Virus record (IMG/VR): IMGVR_UViG_3300033150_000701
Location: 4,985-68,984 of that record
Length of the DNA stretch: 64,000 nucleotides
DNA from: a virus
Reading direction: 5' to 3' (one strand)
The notes beneath the pieces are model-generated. The model searched no databases. It saw only the letters and a list, made by a program, of their open reading frames with translations, and was not told the DNA's origin. Shown here piece after piece: positions 1-9,970 of the stretch (within the stretch, counting starts at the first letter, position 1; the number at the start of each line of letters is the position of its first letter). Made by a program: the position numbers and the translations under genes.

Positions 1-187
1 TGCTTAGTTGTTATGCTAAAATTCACTCTAGAAATAAGAGAGAGATCAGATTAACTACTCACTACTTGACATGCTGGAGCCATTATGTTTCTTGTAGTGT
101 AGGTGTAGTGTGATAGCTTGGGATCTTAGGTTGAAACGTTCAAGCTGTGTTATTCAACGTTGAATATCCTCTCTAGGACTCAGATAA

Positions 188-198
188 TCCTTTAATAC
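188..198 (+). promoter_or_regulatory. Possible archaeal TATA box for the terminase operon
   Basis: CTTTAATA about 40 nt upstream of ATG 237, with a palindrome copy about 25 nt further upstream. Confidence 0.35.
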
Positions 199-236
199 GC
201 TAACAGGATAGGTTAGAGACTTAGAGGAGATCACTA

Positions 237-767
237 ATGGGTAGAGTCTGTCAAGTATGCTATCACCCTCATAGAGCATGGATAGAGAAGAGAATACTAG
301 AGGGATGGGTTAAGAAAGAGATCTATAACGAAATGAAGCGTAAAGATATGAATCCACCTCCATACAAGTCTATACTTAACCATGCTAGGAAATGTATGCA
401 GATCTACATGGATCAGAGTCTTAAGAGTGATAGGCTTAGAAAGGAAAAGATTAGAGAGGAGATCAAGCGTGATCTGAATACTGCTAAGGGACTTAGACAA
501 AATCTAGAACTGCTTAACAGAATGATAGACAGGGTAATAGCTGAAAGTGATGTAGACGATAAGGCTACTAGAGAAGAACTCAGTAGGCTAATACACAGAG
601 TCAATGAGACCATAGAGCTCATACTAAGATTCAGTGACAAGGTAGGGATCATAGAGGAACCTGAATCACTAGAGGACAAGATCATATACTGTCTAAGAGA
701 CTTTCCTAGTGACCTAATAGTAAAGTTCAAGCAGAGGTGGGAGTCTCATGGCGATCAAACAGCTTGA
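237..767 (+). CDS. Putative terminase small subunit
   Basis: Directly upstream of and overlapping the large terminase. N-terminal CxxC...H..C helical segment followed by a coiled coil. Assignment is positional. Confidence 0.6.
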   Translation: MGRVCQVCYHPHRAWIEKRILEGWVKKEIYNEMKRKDMNPPPYKSILNHARKCMQIYMDQSLKSDRLRKEKIREEIKRDLNTAKGLRQNLELLNRMIDRVIAESDVDDKATREELSRLIHRVNETIELILRFSDKVGIIEEPESLEDKIIYCLRDFPSDLIVKFKQRWESHGDQTA

Positions 768-2049
768 GGAAGGAGTCACTTCAGGGTTAAAGTTTCTAGA
801 GTGGTATAATGATCCAGTTCAATTCTACAGAGACGTGTTTAAAGAGGATCCATTCGACTATCAAGCAGACATACTCAGACTGGTTAAGAAAGGACATAAG
901 AGAATTCTATGCTGTGCCTGCGGGGGCTCAGGAAAAACGAAGTTACTTGCTAGTATAGGCCTGTGGTATGTTACTGTTAAATCTAGGTTTGAAGGTAGAC
1001 AGGAGGTTATAGTGATATCTGGATCAGCTAGACAGGCTAAGAACCTGTACAATTACTGTAAAGACGCTCTACTTGACAATCCTATTCTCAATAGACTAGT
1101 TGAAGGTGAACCTAAGATATCAGAGACTAGATTCAAAGATAGAAGTGTGATCAGAGCACTACCCAGCTCATTAACAGCTATTCAGGGTCAACATGGTAAT
1201 CTAGTACTGTTAGATGAGGCTAGTCTAGTAGATGACTTCCTGATCAGAGACACATATCGTATTGTAGGTGCACATAAAGGAGCTATAATAATGTCCTCTA
1301 CTCCAACCTACTATAACAGTCTGTTTGTAGAGATGTGGGAGAATACAGACAAGTACCCTGAATGGATACGTAGATCATGGGATGCATATGACTGTCCACT
1401 ACTAGACGATGACATGATAGAGGAAGCTAAGAAACTACCTAGTCAAACATTTGAAATATTTTGGTTAGGTAAACCATACCCTATGACAGGGACCATGCTG
1501 CCTTTAGACAAGCTTAAAGCATGTACTAGAGGAGTTAAACGATTCACATTCAACGTTGAATATCCTACCTTTATGGGAGTTGATTGGGGCTGGGGCCATC
1601 CACTAGGAATAGTGATCTTACAAAAGAAACAGGACACCTACCTAATACTAGAGACCTTTCTTAAGAAAGGTGGTACTTTTGAAGAGATACATGACTGGAT
1701 AGAGTCTAGAGCTAAGTACTACAAGGTTAGATCGATCTATTGTGATGCTTCAGATGTAGGTGAGAACCAGAGACTAGCTAGTAGAGGACTACCTGTTATA
1801 CCTGTAGCATTCAATAAGGAGAAAGGGTACTTACAGAGTAAGCTTAAGGACTTAGTGATCAAAACTAAAATATTCATACCTGAAGACGAGTACGATCTGA
1901 TCAACCAGCTAAGAACCTATACATGGGAGAAAAAGGAAAATGATGATCTAGTGGATGCTTTGCTGTTAGCCATTAAGGAAAGTGATGTTGAACCTATCAA
2001 CAACATTACGTTTTCCGTTAGAAGAATAAAGAAAAGTAGAAGATGGTAA
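748..2049 (+). CDS. terL: Terminase large subunit
   Basis: Walker A GGSGKT, Walker B LLDEA, motif III SST, RNase H-like nuclease motifs GVDWG, YCD and DDLVDA. Confidence 0.93.
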   Translation: MAIKQLEEGVTSGLKFLEWYNDPVQFYRDVFKEDPFDYQADILRLVKKGHKRILCCACGGSGKTKLLASIGLWYVTVKSRFEGRQEVIVISGSARQAKNLYNYCKDALLDNPILNRLVEGEPKISETRFKDRSVIRALPSSLTAIQGQHGNLVLLDEASLVDDFLIRDTYRIVGAHKGAIIMSSTPTYYNSLFVEMWENTDKYPEWIRRSWDAYDCPLLDDDMIEEAKKLPSQTFEIFWLGKPYPMTGTMLPLDKLKACTRGVKRFTFNVEYPTFMGVDWGWGHPLGIVILQKKQDTYLILETFLKKGGTFEEIHDWIESRAKYYKVRSIYCDASDVGENQRLASRGLPVIPVAFNKEKGYLQSKLKDLVIKTKIFIPEDEYDLINQLRTYTWEKKENDDLVDALLLAIKESDVEPINNITFSVRRIKKSRRW

Positions 2050-2051
2050 GT

Positions 2052-5000
2052 CTAGGTGTGATCTGAAATACCCGACACTGAATGTTGATGCTTTACAAAT
2101 TGATATGCTGTTAGATTTGAATGTAGGGACACTGTACCAGTATCATCTTTGTAAGCTTCAACAGTAATCGTAGCACCACTTAAGTCAATTAGCTCTGTAG
2201 TGTCCAGTAGATAACGCCATAGATCACCTGAGAAGTACAGACAAGTATCGTATAGTACCGTGTCATTGGCTCTAATCCTTATTTCAACATGTCCATATCC
2301 TGCTGTACGGTATACTGATGTTTCAATGTAAGCCAAGTCTATAGCATTTGAAACACTTGAACATACTCCAGATCTGAGTGTATGCCACTGAGTGTTATCA
2401 ACATCAATTGTCGATCCAAATCCTGCATTAAGCACTAGAGTTTTAGTTGCACCTGCTACATCCACGTTACCTGAATGACTTAATGGAAACTTAGGTATAT
2501 ACTCTGTACCCTCATCAGATCTAAACCTTAACTGATTCTGATCACTCCTATACCACATCATACCTGTCTCTAAAGGAGACGGATCACTAGTCTTAACATC
2601 AAACCTTACATGTTCAGTTTTAACCTCACCTGCCTTGATCTGTACAGCAGTAACAGTATCTGTGTATATGTCTCCACCATCAATGTACGTTGTACCCGTA
2701 TACTTCCATCCTTCTACTATAGCACGATCACTACTGGAAGAGAACAGCCTATTTTCTACAGAGCTGTCTAAGTGTCCAACTACTATTTCACCAGCTTTAA
2801 TATGTTCAGCCAGTACAGCGTTAGCAGCTAACACGTCAGCATTAACATTCCATCCCTTAGTGTAGAAGGGCTGTATGAATACCTGCTGACCAGTATCACT
2901 GGATACCACTACCATACACAGTAAGCCTCTATCGTCACCTACAGTATTAGCGTAGTCAGTAGTCCTACTTAGACTTGAAGATCCAACTGTAAAGTAGATG
3001 TAGTGTGTACCTGCATCCAGATTGGTAAATGATCCACTGCTAATACTCTGGGTAGTTCCATCTGCAAACTTGATGTACCCGCTACTCCAAGATACAGAGT
3101 CATGTTCATCACCACTATACGGAGCAAACACTACACTACTAATGTAAGGTTGACAACCCTTCTTAAGCTTAGATCCAGTTACAGCTCCAGCACCTAGCTT
3201 CAAGGCTGTAACAGCATAGTTAGCTAGTTTATCAGTTGTTACACATAGATCCTCTAACAGTTCAGTGTTAACGAATCCAGGCTGTAGCTTCTCTTGATCT
3301 TCAGGTATAGACTCCCATACACGTCTAAGACCTACATAGTCAAAGTATATTACACCACTACCTACACTGGTTAAACCTAGCCTACCATACTTAACGTTAG
3401 ATGGAGTAGTAACTATACCTGAATACCTATCCCAACTACCAGTTCCTACATTACTCTTAACAACACTCATAGTAATAGTAGAGTAGCTAGAGTCTAAATA
3501 GTACAAGACTATCTTACCGTCAATATTGTTAGGATCATAGATAGCTACCTCAGCTTGATATTGAGTGTCAGGCAGTAGAGGTACAGGACTAGACACTATA
3601 GTACCTGCATTATTAGTAGTGTCCAGATACACGCTTAAAGTACCCTCATACGAAATAGTGCTAAGTCCCCACTCTGCTGCTCCACTAACAGGCATAATGT
3701 CTGCATATTCACCTGGTGAATACAGAATGTAGTCTGACACTAAAGGCCCTTCAAGATACCATGAGTCAGGATAACCATTCTGAGGAATATCATCCTCAAA
3801 ACTAGGGTTGAAATGCAACAATAGGTTGTCACCTGTCATTCTGATCATGAGATCTCTAGATCCTATAGGCCCTGTAACAAAGTTAGCATATGCACTTGGA
3901 GATATTTTCTCTTCAAGCTCCTTACTCTCCAATACCTTGATCCTAGTTTGAGCTTCAGTAAGAATAGACTCTATAGAGGGTACTTCAACAGGAGACAGCT
4001 CTATTCTAGTAACCAGATCACCATCCACCAGAGAATGCTCTATTTTCCTAACTACACCAGGACATTCTATGTCCTGTGCTGTAATAGTGTATTGGGTACC
4101 AACGTTAAAGTGTAGTTCACCAGGAGTAGACACAGACCTAACACTTTCAATAGGATCCTTGTAAGCATCAACTATAGCTGTAGCTACATCTAGACATGCC
4201 TGATCACTATCTAACCAGCCCTTCTGTATTAGTTTACCTCTACGTTCACCGTACTTAGACACAGATTCACTATCTACCTTAACAGCATGATAGAACCCTT
4301 TAGTAAACCACATACCGTCAATATAGAAGTCTCTTAGATACTGAGACACCGTAGGTAGAAACTGTAGCTTAAACTCGATCTTGGTGATCTCCTCCCATGT
4401 AGGACTACCTATAGCAGTCCACTCTGAAGACTCAGTAGTGTTAAACGGTACCTCAACCTTGATCCAGTTAGTGTCTAATGCTAAAGCATTATCGTATGTA
4501 GGGTTAACCTCAAATCCCTTAACAGCTTTAGTCCTCTGGAAATAGTTAGAGTCATCAGTGTACATTCTGATCTGAATGTTCATGTCTTCATTAACCCAGT
4601 CAAATAGAGCATCATACAGACAGTAGTATCTAGTGTAGAACTCTAACTGTCCAAAGTACTTTAGATTCAACGTTGAATCAAACACTTTAGTGAGAGTAGG
4701 ATCAAAGGTACTAAACTGTGTCCTACACAGTATAGACTTGTTACCTTCTCTAGCTACATTACTCTCTACAAGAGTGTATCCAGTACCAACACTCCAGCCT
4801 ATAGTAGATTCTGTATAGTCAGCATCTGATCCAGTAGTCTTATTCATAGCTCCTAGAACAGTCTGAGTATTGATAATGTTGTAGTCACTCTTCTCATACT
4901 CCAGATCAAAAATAGTATCCAGTGTGTATGAAGACACTAGGCTACCTCTAGGAAAGCTTCTAAATATACGTTCATCAGACACGTAGTACTCGTAACTATA

Positions 5001-6143
5001 CTTAGACGTAAAATCATTAACAGCCTCATTAATAGTCTGCTCAGTAGTCCTGTAGGACGTGGTAATAGTAGACGACACTATTTGTGTACCTACAAGTTTA
5101 CCTGCATCTACTAGAGGCTGCACTAGATCACTAAGTATCTCATGTACCTGACCCTTAAACAGTCCATACGTATACCTGTAGTTTAATACGTCTGTAAACC
5201 CTATAGCTGCAATATCTAACCATCTAGGTACCTGTCCCTCTACAGTCTTCTTGATACCTTGTATTACACCACTAAACACCCTCTTAGGAAAGTGTCTAGA
5301 ATACCTTGTTAGATTAGATACCTCACTACTAGACCTAGCTACGCTCCAAACCCTAACCTCATCTAGTTTACCCCTCAACAGAAACTCGTTAGTAAGAGTG
5401 CTCTTTTGACCTAGCACTAGATCGGTAGTAGAGTGCTTAATAGTGAACGATCCAACATTAGCTTCCTGATATAGAGTACCATCAATATACACCCTCATGT
5501 AAGTACCGTCATAAGTGCATACCACATGGTACCAAGTATCATTCTGAATATTCCAAGTACCAACGATATGAGAATTATCACACGTTCTAGTAACGTCATC
5601 TGTACCTATCAGCTTAAACTCAATATACGGATTAACACTATCCCACTTGTATACGACCCAGTACCCTTCCCACTTCATCATAATAGTCTGTAGATCCAAA
5701 GTATAGTCGTTTACAGTAAAGTATGCTTCAAGAGTGATCTCTGAAGTAGGCTTAAGACTATCACTATCACTAATCCTAACATAATAGTCGCTACCATTAA
5801 AGTATAGACCATAACCAAACTTACCATCAACCCATTCAGCATTTGAAATAGTACCATAGTACCAGTTCTGAGTGTGATCGTAACATCTAGATCCAATACC
5901 CTCATCCATAGGCAGGTACAGTTCACAGTTAGAGTTGTCCAGTCTACCCAGATACACGTCTATAGTGTTACCTATGTCTGGATCCAAAGTACCCAGTAAC
6001 CTAGTATCTATCCTGATCTTAGCTAGATCAGCATCCCTATTGACGCCCTTAGACACATCTAGCTGACTAGCTCTAACACTCTGATCACCATCACGTCTCA
6101 ACACCACTATACCGTTACCTGTAGGCAGATAATAGTGTGTCAA
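2052..6143 (-). CDS. Tail tip/baseplate hub protein with LamG (ConA-like) and carbohydrate-binding-like domains
   Basis: 1363 aa, immediately after the tape measure gene. LamG signatures (WYHVVCTYDG..MRVYIDG, GKLDEVRVWS), hub-like ESVSKYGERR segment, CBM-like NPSFED..PDSW. Confidence 0.75.
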   Translation of the reverse strand: MTHYYLPTGNGIVVLRRDGDQSVRASQLDVSKGVNRDADLAKIRIDTRLLGTLDPDIGNTIDVYLGRLDNSNCELYLPMDEGIGSRCYDHTQNWYYGTISNAEWVDGKFGYGLYFNGSDYYVRISDSDSLKPTSEITLEAYFTVNDYTLDLQTIMMKWEGYWVVYKWDSVNPYIEFKLIGTDDVTRTCDNSHIVGTWNIQNDTWYHVVCTYDGTYMRVYIDGTLYQEANVGSFTIKHSTTDLVLGQKSTLTNEFLLRGKLDEVRVWSVARSSSEVSNLTRYSRHFPKRVFSGVIQGIKKTVEGQVPRWLDIAAIGFTDVLNYRYTYGLFKGQVHEILSDLVQPLVDAGKLVGTQIVSSTITTSYRTTEQTINEAVNDFTSKYSYEYYVSDERIFRSFPRGSLVSSYTLDTIFDLEYEKSDYNIINTQTVLGAMNKTTGSDADYTESTIGWSVGTGYTLVESNVAREGNKSILCRTQFSTFDPTLTKVFDSTLNLKYFGQLEFYTRYYCLYDALFDWVNEDMNIQIRMYTDDSNYFQRTKAVKGFEVNPTYDNALALDTNWIKVEVPFNTTESSEWTAIGSPTWEEITKIEFKLQFLPTVSQYLRDFYIDGMWFTKGFYHAVKVDSESVSKYGERRGKLIQKGWLDSDQACLDVATAIVDAYKDPIESVRSVSTPGELHFNVGTQYTITAQDIECPGVVRKIEHSLVDGDLVTRIELSPVEVPSIESILTEAQTRIKVLESKELEEKISPSAYANFVTGPIGSRDLMIRMTGDNLLLHFNPSFEDDIPQNGYPDSWYLEGPLVSDYILYSPGEYADIMPVSGAAEWGLSTISYEGTLSVYLDTTNNAGTIVSSPVPLLPDTQYQAEVAIYDPNNIDGKIVLYYLDSSYSTITMSVVKSNVGTGSWDRYSGIVTTPSNVKYGRLGLTSVGSGVIYFDYVGLRRVWESIPEDQEKLQPGFVNTELLEDLCVTTDKLANYAVTALKLGAGAVTGSKLKKGCQPYISSVVFAPYSGDEHDSVSWSSGYIKFADGTTQSISSGSFTNLDAGTHYIYFTVGSSSLSRTTDYANTVGDDRGLLCMVVVSSDTGQQVFIQPFYTKGWNVNADVLAANAVLAEHIKAGEIVVGHLDSSVENRLFSSSSDRAIVEGWKYTGTTYIDGGDIYTDTVTAVQIKAGEVKTEHVRFDVKTSDPSPLETGMMWYRSDQNQLRFRSDEGTEYIPKFPLSHSGNVDVAGATKTLVLNAGFGSTIDVDNTQWHTLRSGVCSSVSNAIDLAYIETSVYRTAGYGHVEIRIRANDTVLYDTCLYFSGDLWRYLLDTTELIDLSGATITVEAYKDDTGTVSLHSNLTAYQFVKHQHSVSGISDHT

Positions 6144-7447
6144 GCTAAACCACCTCTCCTCTTAACACCCATCACTATAGACTCAAGCTGTTCTCTGATC
6201 CTGTAAATGTCTCCTTCACTTCTAACACTAGCATACAGGTTGATCTGTCCTATACTGGTTCTAGTACTAGCAAACGCTATACGTGATCTACCTATTTCAA
6301 CGTTGAACTCTTTAACAGCCTCCAACAGTGAAGGTGAATGGCTACCTAAAAGCTCACCACTAAACCCTTCAAGCTCCTCTCTAACCTTAGCTATTCTCTC
6401 CTCTGCTCTCCTATAAGCCCATTCCTGAGCTAGATAACTGATCAGTAGAGACAGTCCTATTGTAGCACCTGCTATAACAGCCTGTAGCTTAAGATAGGAC
6501 AGTGTTAAAGCATCAGTTCTGATCTTGTTAAGTATCATGCTTAAACTAACCTGTTCACGTACAGCATTACCAACCATTTCCTGAGTAGTAACAGCCTGTT
6601 CTGAAAACGATAAAGTCCAGAGTGATCTGGTTAAGTCACTACTCAACCTGATAGCTGTAGGTAGAAAACCTAAGTACAGCATGGTAGTAGTGTACATCCT
6701 CTGTAGTTCAGCCTGCCTAAGAGCTTCCTCTGCATCTACAACCCTGTTGTGTGCTCTCCTAAGAGCATCACTAGCACTAACAGCCTGTTCAGTACCTGCA
6801 CCATACTCGAACAGTGTCCATGTAAGTCTCTCTCTAGCTCTCTGTTCAGCTATTAACGCTTCACGTAACGATCTAACCTGTCTCTCATAAGCATAGGTTC
6901 TAGATGACACTCTAGACAGACTCATAGTCATAAACATAAACCCTAAACCAGACCAGAATACTGTTCTAGCTAGACTGTTAATGCTTACACCTGTAGCTCC
7001 AATATACCCTAAGTACTCTCTCTGTAGGTTAGCTGCTTGAGCTACACGTTTGTTAACCTGATCAAAGTGCATAGCTAGTTTCCTAGCAGACTCTTCACCT
7101 AAAGCATTAAACACTTCACGTAACTGTAAAGCTTGATATCTGGTAAACTTGATAGGTCTATCACCCTCATGTAATGTAGCCCAGAACCTACTGAACTCGT
7201 CTCCTACACGTTTACCTCCACTAGTAAGATCCCTCATAGCCCTCTCTAACTCTCTAAACTCTTCAGCAGTAACCTTACCAGTAGTAGCTATCTGTTTAGC
7301 ACTAGGTAGAAACACTCTAGGAAGTGTACCACTAAGCTTAGAGATCTCAGAAAGCTTGTCAGTAACAGTGTTAAGAGCATTCTCTACCTGTTGATAAGCA
7401 GCTACATCTAAAGCTATCTTAACAGTGATAGGTAGTTCCCAACTCAT
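6140..7447 (-). CDS. Tape measure protein (short, 435 aa)
   Basis: Ala/Leu/Arg-rich helical protein with hydrophobic segments, downstream of the tail tube and frameshifted chaperone pair. Confidence 0.75.
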   Translation of the reverse strand: MSWELPITVKIALDVAAYQQVENALNTVTDKLSEISKLSGTLPRVFLPSAKQIATTGKVTAEEFRELERAMRDLTSGGKRVGDEFSRFWATLHEGDRPIKFTRYQALQLREVFNALGEESARKLAMHFDQVNKRVAQAANLQREYLGYIGATGVSINSLARTVFWSGLGFMFMTMSLSRVSSRTYAYERQVRSLREALIAEQRARERLTWTLFEYGAGTEQAVSASDALRRAHNRVVDAEEALRQAELQRMYTTTMLYLGFLPTAIRLSSDLTRSLWTLSFSEQAVTTQEMVGNAVREQVSLSMILNKIRTDALTLSYLKLQAVIAGATIGLSLLISYLAQEWAYRRAEERIAKVREELEGFSGELLGSHSPSLLEAVKEFNVEIGRSRIAFASTRTSIGQINLYASVRSEGDIYRIREQLESIVMGVKRRGGLA

Positions 7448-7454
7448 CTAGTAT

Positions 7455-7646
7455 CTACCTCCCTCTCCTAAACACTCTAGACTGGATCTCATCCAATCTA
7501 GCCCTAGCCTCAATATCCCTGTTCTCCTGTTTGATCATGGTAGACAGCCATATCCTCTGTTGATCAGTCATAGCTAAGTAGATATCTGAAGCAGTCTTAA
7601 AGTCGAAGTTACACAGTTTCAGTAGCTGGTAGTATTCCCTACTCAT
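7455..7646 (-). CDS. Tail assembly chaperone, C-terminal (T-like) frameshift extension
   Basis: In the -1 frame of the upstream chaperone, open from the T TTT TTA heptamer at 7670-7664. Confidence 0.7.
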   Translation of the reverse strand: MSREYYQLLKLCNFDFKTASDIYLAMTDQQRIWLSTMIKQENRDIEARARLDEIQSRVFRRGR

Positions 7647-8029
7647 TCTACCCTCATCCGATCTAAAAAATCTCTAAGTGCCTTTCTACTACGATCAGTA
7701 AGAGCAGATATCCTCTCAGCATAGATCATGCTGAGATACTCTATTAGCTCATTGATAGCCTCCTCTTTACAGCTCAAATACTCCTCTCTAGTGATCTTGG
7801 GATCAACAAGCATCTTAAGCATCAACATACGCTGTACCTCCCTAGCCTTCTCTAAGTCGTTAAACTTGTCCCATAGTGGATGCTTACTAGCTTCAGTTTC
7901 AGCATCAATCCTGTCCTTAACACTTAGATTTCTAATGGTAACAGTTAACCCGTTAGGCAATGTAACGTCTTGAGTGTTTTCACTATACAGTATGTCCTTT
8001 AGGGTTAACCGTTTAACATCCTTATTCAA
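7643..8029 (-). CDS. Tail assembly chaperone (G-like)
   Basis: Between tail tube and tape measure. TTG start lies inside a palindrome copy and is preceded by SD GGGGAGGTG. Confidence 0.72.
   Translation of the reverse strand: MNKDVKRLTLKDILYSENTQDVTLPNGLTVTIRNLSVKDRIDAETEASKHPLWDKFNDLEKAREVQRMLMLKMLVDPKITREEYLSCKEEAINELIEYLSMIYAERISALTDRSRKALRDFLDRMRVE
7664..7670 (-). other. -1 programmed ribosomal frameshift slippery site U UUU UUA
   Basis: GAT TTT TTA is in X XXY YYZ phase. The -1 frame reads ...RSDEGRMSREYYQ into ORF 7455-7646. Canonical G/GT position between tail tube and tape measure. Confidence 0.75.
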
Positions 8030-8047
8030 CGTTGAATAACACCTCCC

Positions 8048-9004
8048 CTAGATCGGATAATCGGATATAGTACCATAGGGGCCTATAACCCTAACAGAAC
8101 AGGTATCATAGGCATCTGAAGGTCTACATACAAATGGAAACTCTACCTCTAAAGGCTCAGATCCCCTTAAGCTATCTTCAACCTCTGATATAGCCACGTT
8201 CTTTAGTGTGATCGTGATAGTGCCATGAGTATTGTTAGCTAGTTCAAGAGTCAGATCAAACTCATGTCTATCCATAGCCATATCTATGTAAGTTTCAATA
8301 TCCTCATCAGTAGTAAACCTACCAGACACTTGAAACAGTCCCTCTCTAATCTCCTTACAGGTGTAGTCACTAGTCTGGTTAACCTCCCATCTAGCCTCCA
8401 GATTATTCCTGATCTCAAAAGACACTCTCTGTAACCCTGTAACAATAGTACCGTCATACTTGAGAACCACATCTGAAAACCTGTATGCTGGACTAGCATA
8501 GTCAATACTAGGAACCACACTAGACCATGTATACGATGGAATAGTAGATCCCTTACCTGCTAATCCAAGTCTAAGCATAACATCCTCATCTACCTCAGCT
8601 ATAAGCTCTAAACTGTCTATTTTAAGACCGTAGTACCCTCTATACTCTGCTACACCATCAGGAGGAGATCTAATACCCCTCTCTAGAGTAAACGAGGGTA
8701 TAGAGCTAGATACAGCTATGTCAATAGTGTAAGGTGAACTAGCATCACTACTAACACTACCCATACCGTAATAGAACAGTCTAGGAGACAGTAACGGTAA
8801 CTCCCATGATCCAGCTACCTCTCTCTTAAGAAACGATCTAGACACACTATCCCTACTAGGAGCTATAATGTCTCTGTCCTGTATGTTGTCTGTAACCCTC
8901 ATGATCAGCTCTGTAGGTCTATTGACAGCTTCAAAGCTACTAGGATAAGTACCCCAACTACTCTCCTCACCAAACCTAACAAACCTTTCAGTATAGTACG
9001 ACAT
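8048..9004 (-). CDS. Major tail tube protein
   Basis: N-terminal FGEESSWGT, PSFTLE, G.KIDSLEL motifs typical of tail tube proteins; beta-rich; position in the tail module. Confidence 0.8.
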   Translation of the reverse strand: MSYYTERFVRFGEESSWGTYPSSFEAVNRPTELIMRVTDNIQDRDIIAPSRDSVSRSFLKREVAGSWELPLLSPRLFYYGMGSVSSDASSPYTIDIAVSSSIPSFTLERGIRSPPDGVAEYRGYYGLKIDSLELIAEVDEDVMLRLGLAGKGSTIPSYTWSSVVPSIDYASPAYRFSDVVLKYDGTIVTGLQRVSFEIRNNLEARWEVNQTSDYTCKEIREGLFQVSGRFTTDEDIETYIDMAMDRHEFDLTLELANNTHGTITITLKNVAISEVEDSLRGSEPLEVEFPFVCRPSDAYDTCSVRVIGPYGTISDYPI

Positions 9005-9028
9005 ACCTACACCTCTCTACAACCTAAC

Positions 9029-9253
9029 CTACTGAGTCTCTTTTAAATCCTTATCTTCTATACTGGTAGCTACATTAGAGATCACTTGATCCTGTACGTG
9101 TCTAAGCAGATCCTGTAACTCTCTAAGTCTGTACTGTCTCCAATTATAGGCATCATTCCATAGTTGAATAATATCCTGATCAGGTAGACTCCTAATAGCC
9201 TCCACCAGTTTAGCTTTAAGCCTCTGATCTAAAGCACTCAATACTCTAACCAC
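9029..9253 (-). CDS. Hypothetical protein
   Basis: 74-aa ORF in the main coding orientation. Confidence 0.5.
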   Translation of the reverse strand: MVRVLSALDQRLKAKLVEAIRSLPDQDIIQLWNDAYNWRQYRLRELQDLLRHVQDQVISNVATSIEDKDLKETQ

Positions 9254-9377
9254 CTTGACTACTAGTCAGGTAGGTATCTGTAGGACACTAATAATTGAAC
9301 CTTACTGATACCTTTATTCAACGTTGAATAAAAGAAAGAGTGTAGGTAAAGTATAGACGAGACTTAGACAGTTTTCA

Positions 9378-9905
9378 CTATTCAATCCACCACTTGTAAC
9401 ATAGAGCTACCACAGCTATGATCCTCAAATATATGGATACACCCATCAACATTGAGCTAACAGGTACCTTGAAGAATCCACCATTAAAGTACCACCATAC
9501 CTCTGATCCCATAAACCCTAACTGAAACCTGTACCACTCCAACAGGTCTATTCTAGTACCAAACATGATCCTAGCAGCAGGATAGTATCCTAGATCATTC
9601 CATAGGCTACCTAACAATCCCAAACTTGTAACCAGTTCCCAGTCATCAAATCCTAATAGAAAGAACAATGGTAAGAAAGGCATAAAGTACTGACATACAA
9701 GCCACAAGTGATAGCCACCTATGCTAGATCCATTCACTACCAGATCTATGAAGTTTATAGAAAAGAACCCGTATAGTGAAGAGTAAGCTAACAGCTTGTA
9801 TAGCAACGCTAACTTAGAATCGTGATTTATTCTAAGTCTAGATGATAGTCTAGTAGAGCATACATGGCTCATAGTACATCGAAGGCTATCTTGATCACCA
9901 TGCAC
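9378..9905 (-). CDS. Multi-pass membrane protein inserted in the tail module (true start uncertain)
   Basis: Several hydrophobic segments; flanked on both sides by palindrome copies (9317, 9918). Confidence 0.55.
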   Translation of the reverse strand: MHGDQDSLRCTMSHVCSTRLSSRLRINHDSKLALLYKLLAYSSLYGFFSINFIDLVVNGSSIGGYHLWLVCQYFMPFLPLFFLLGFDDWELVTSLGLLGSLWNDLGYYPAARIMFGTRIDLLEWYRFQLGFMGSEVWWYFNGGFFKVPVSSMLMGVSIYLRIIAVVALCYKWWIE

Positions 9906-9970
9906 ATTTTAAGATTTTTCAACGTTGAATAAAAAAATAGTAGAGAATAGAGCTATCAGGTTCTACTAGC

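Noticed and set aside
131-143. TTGAAACGTTCAA near-palindrome beside the first motif copy
   Set aside because: Single imperfect occurrence; cannot be distinguished from chance.
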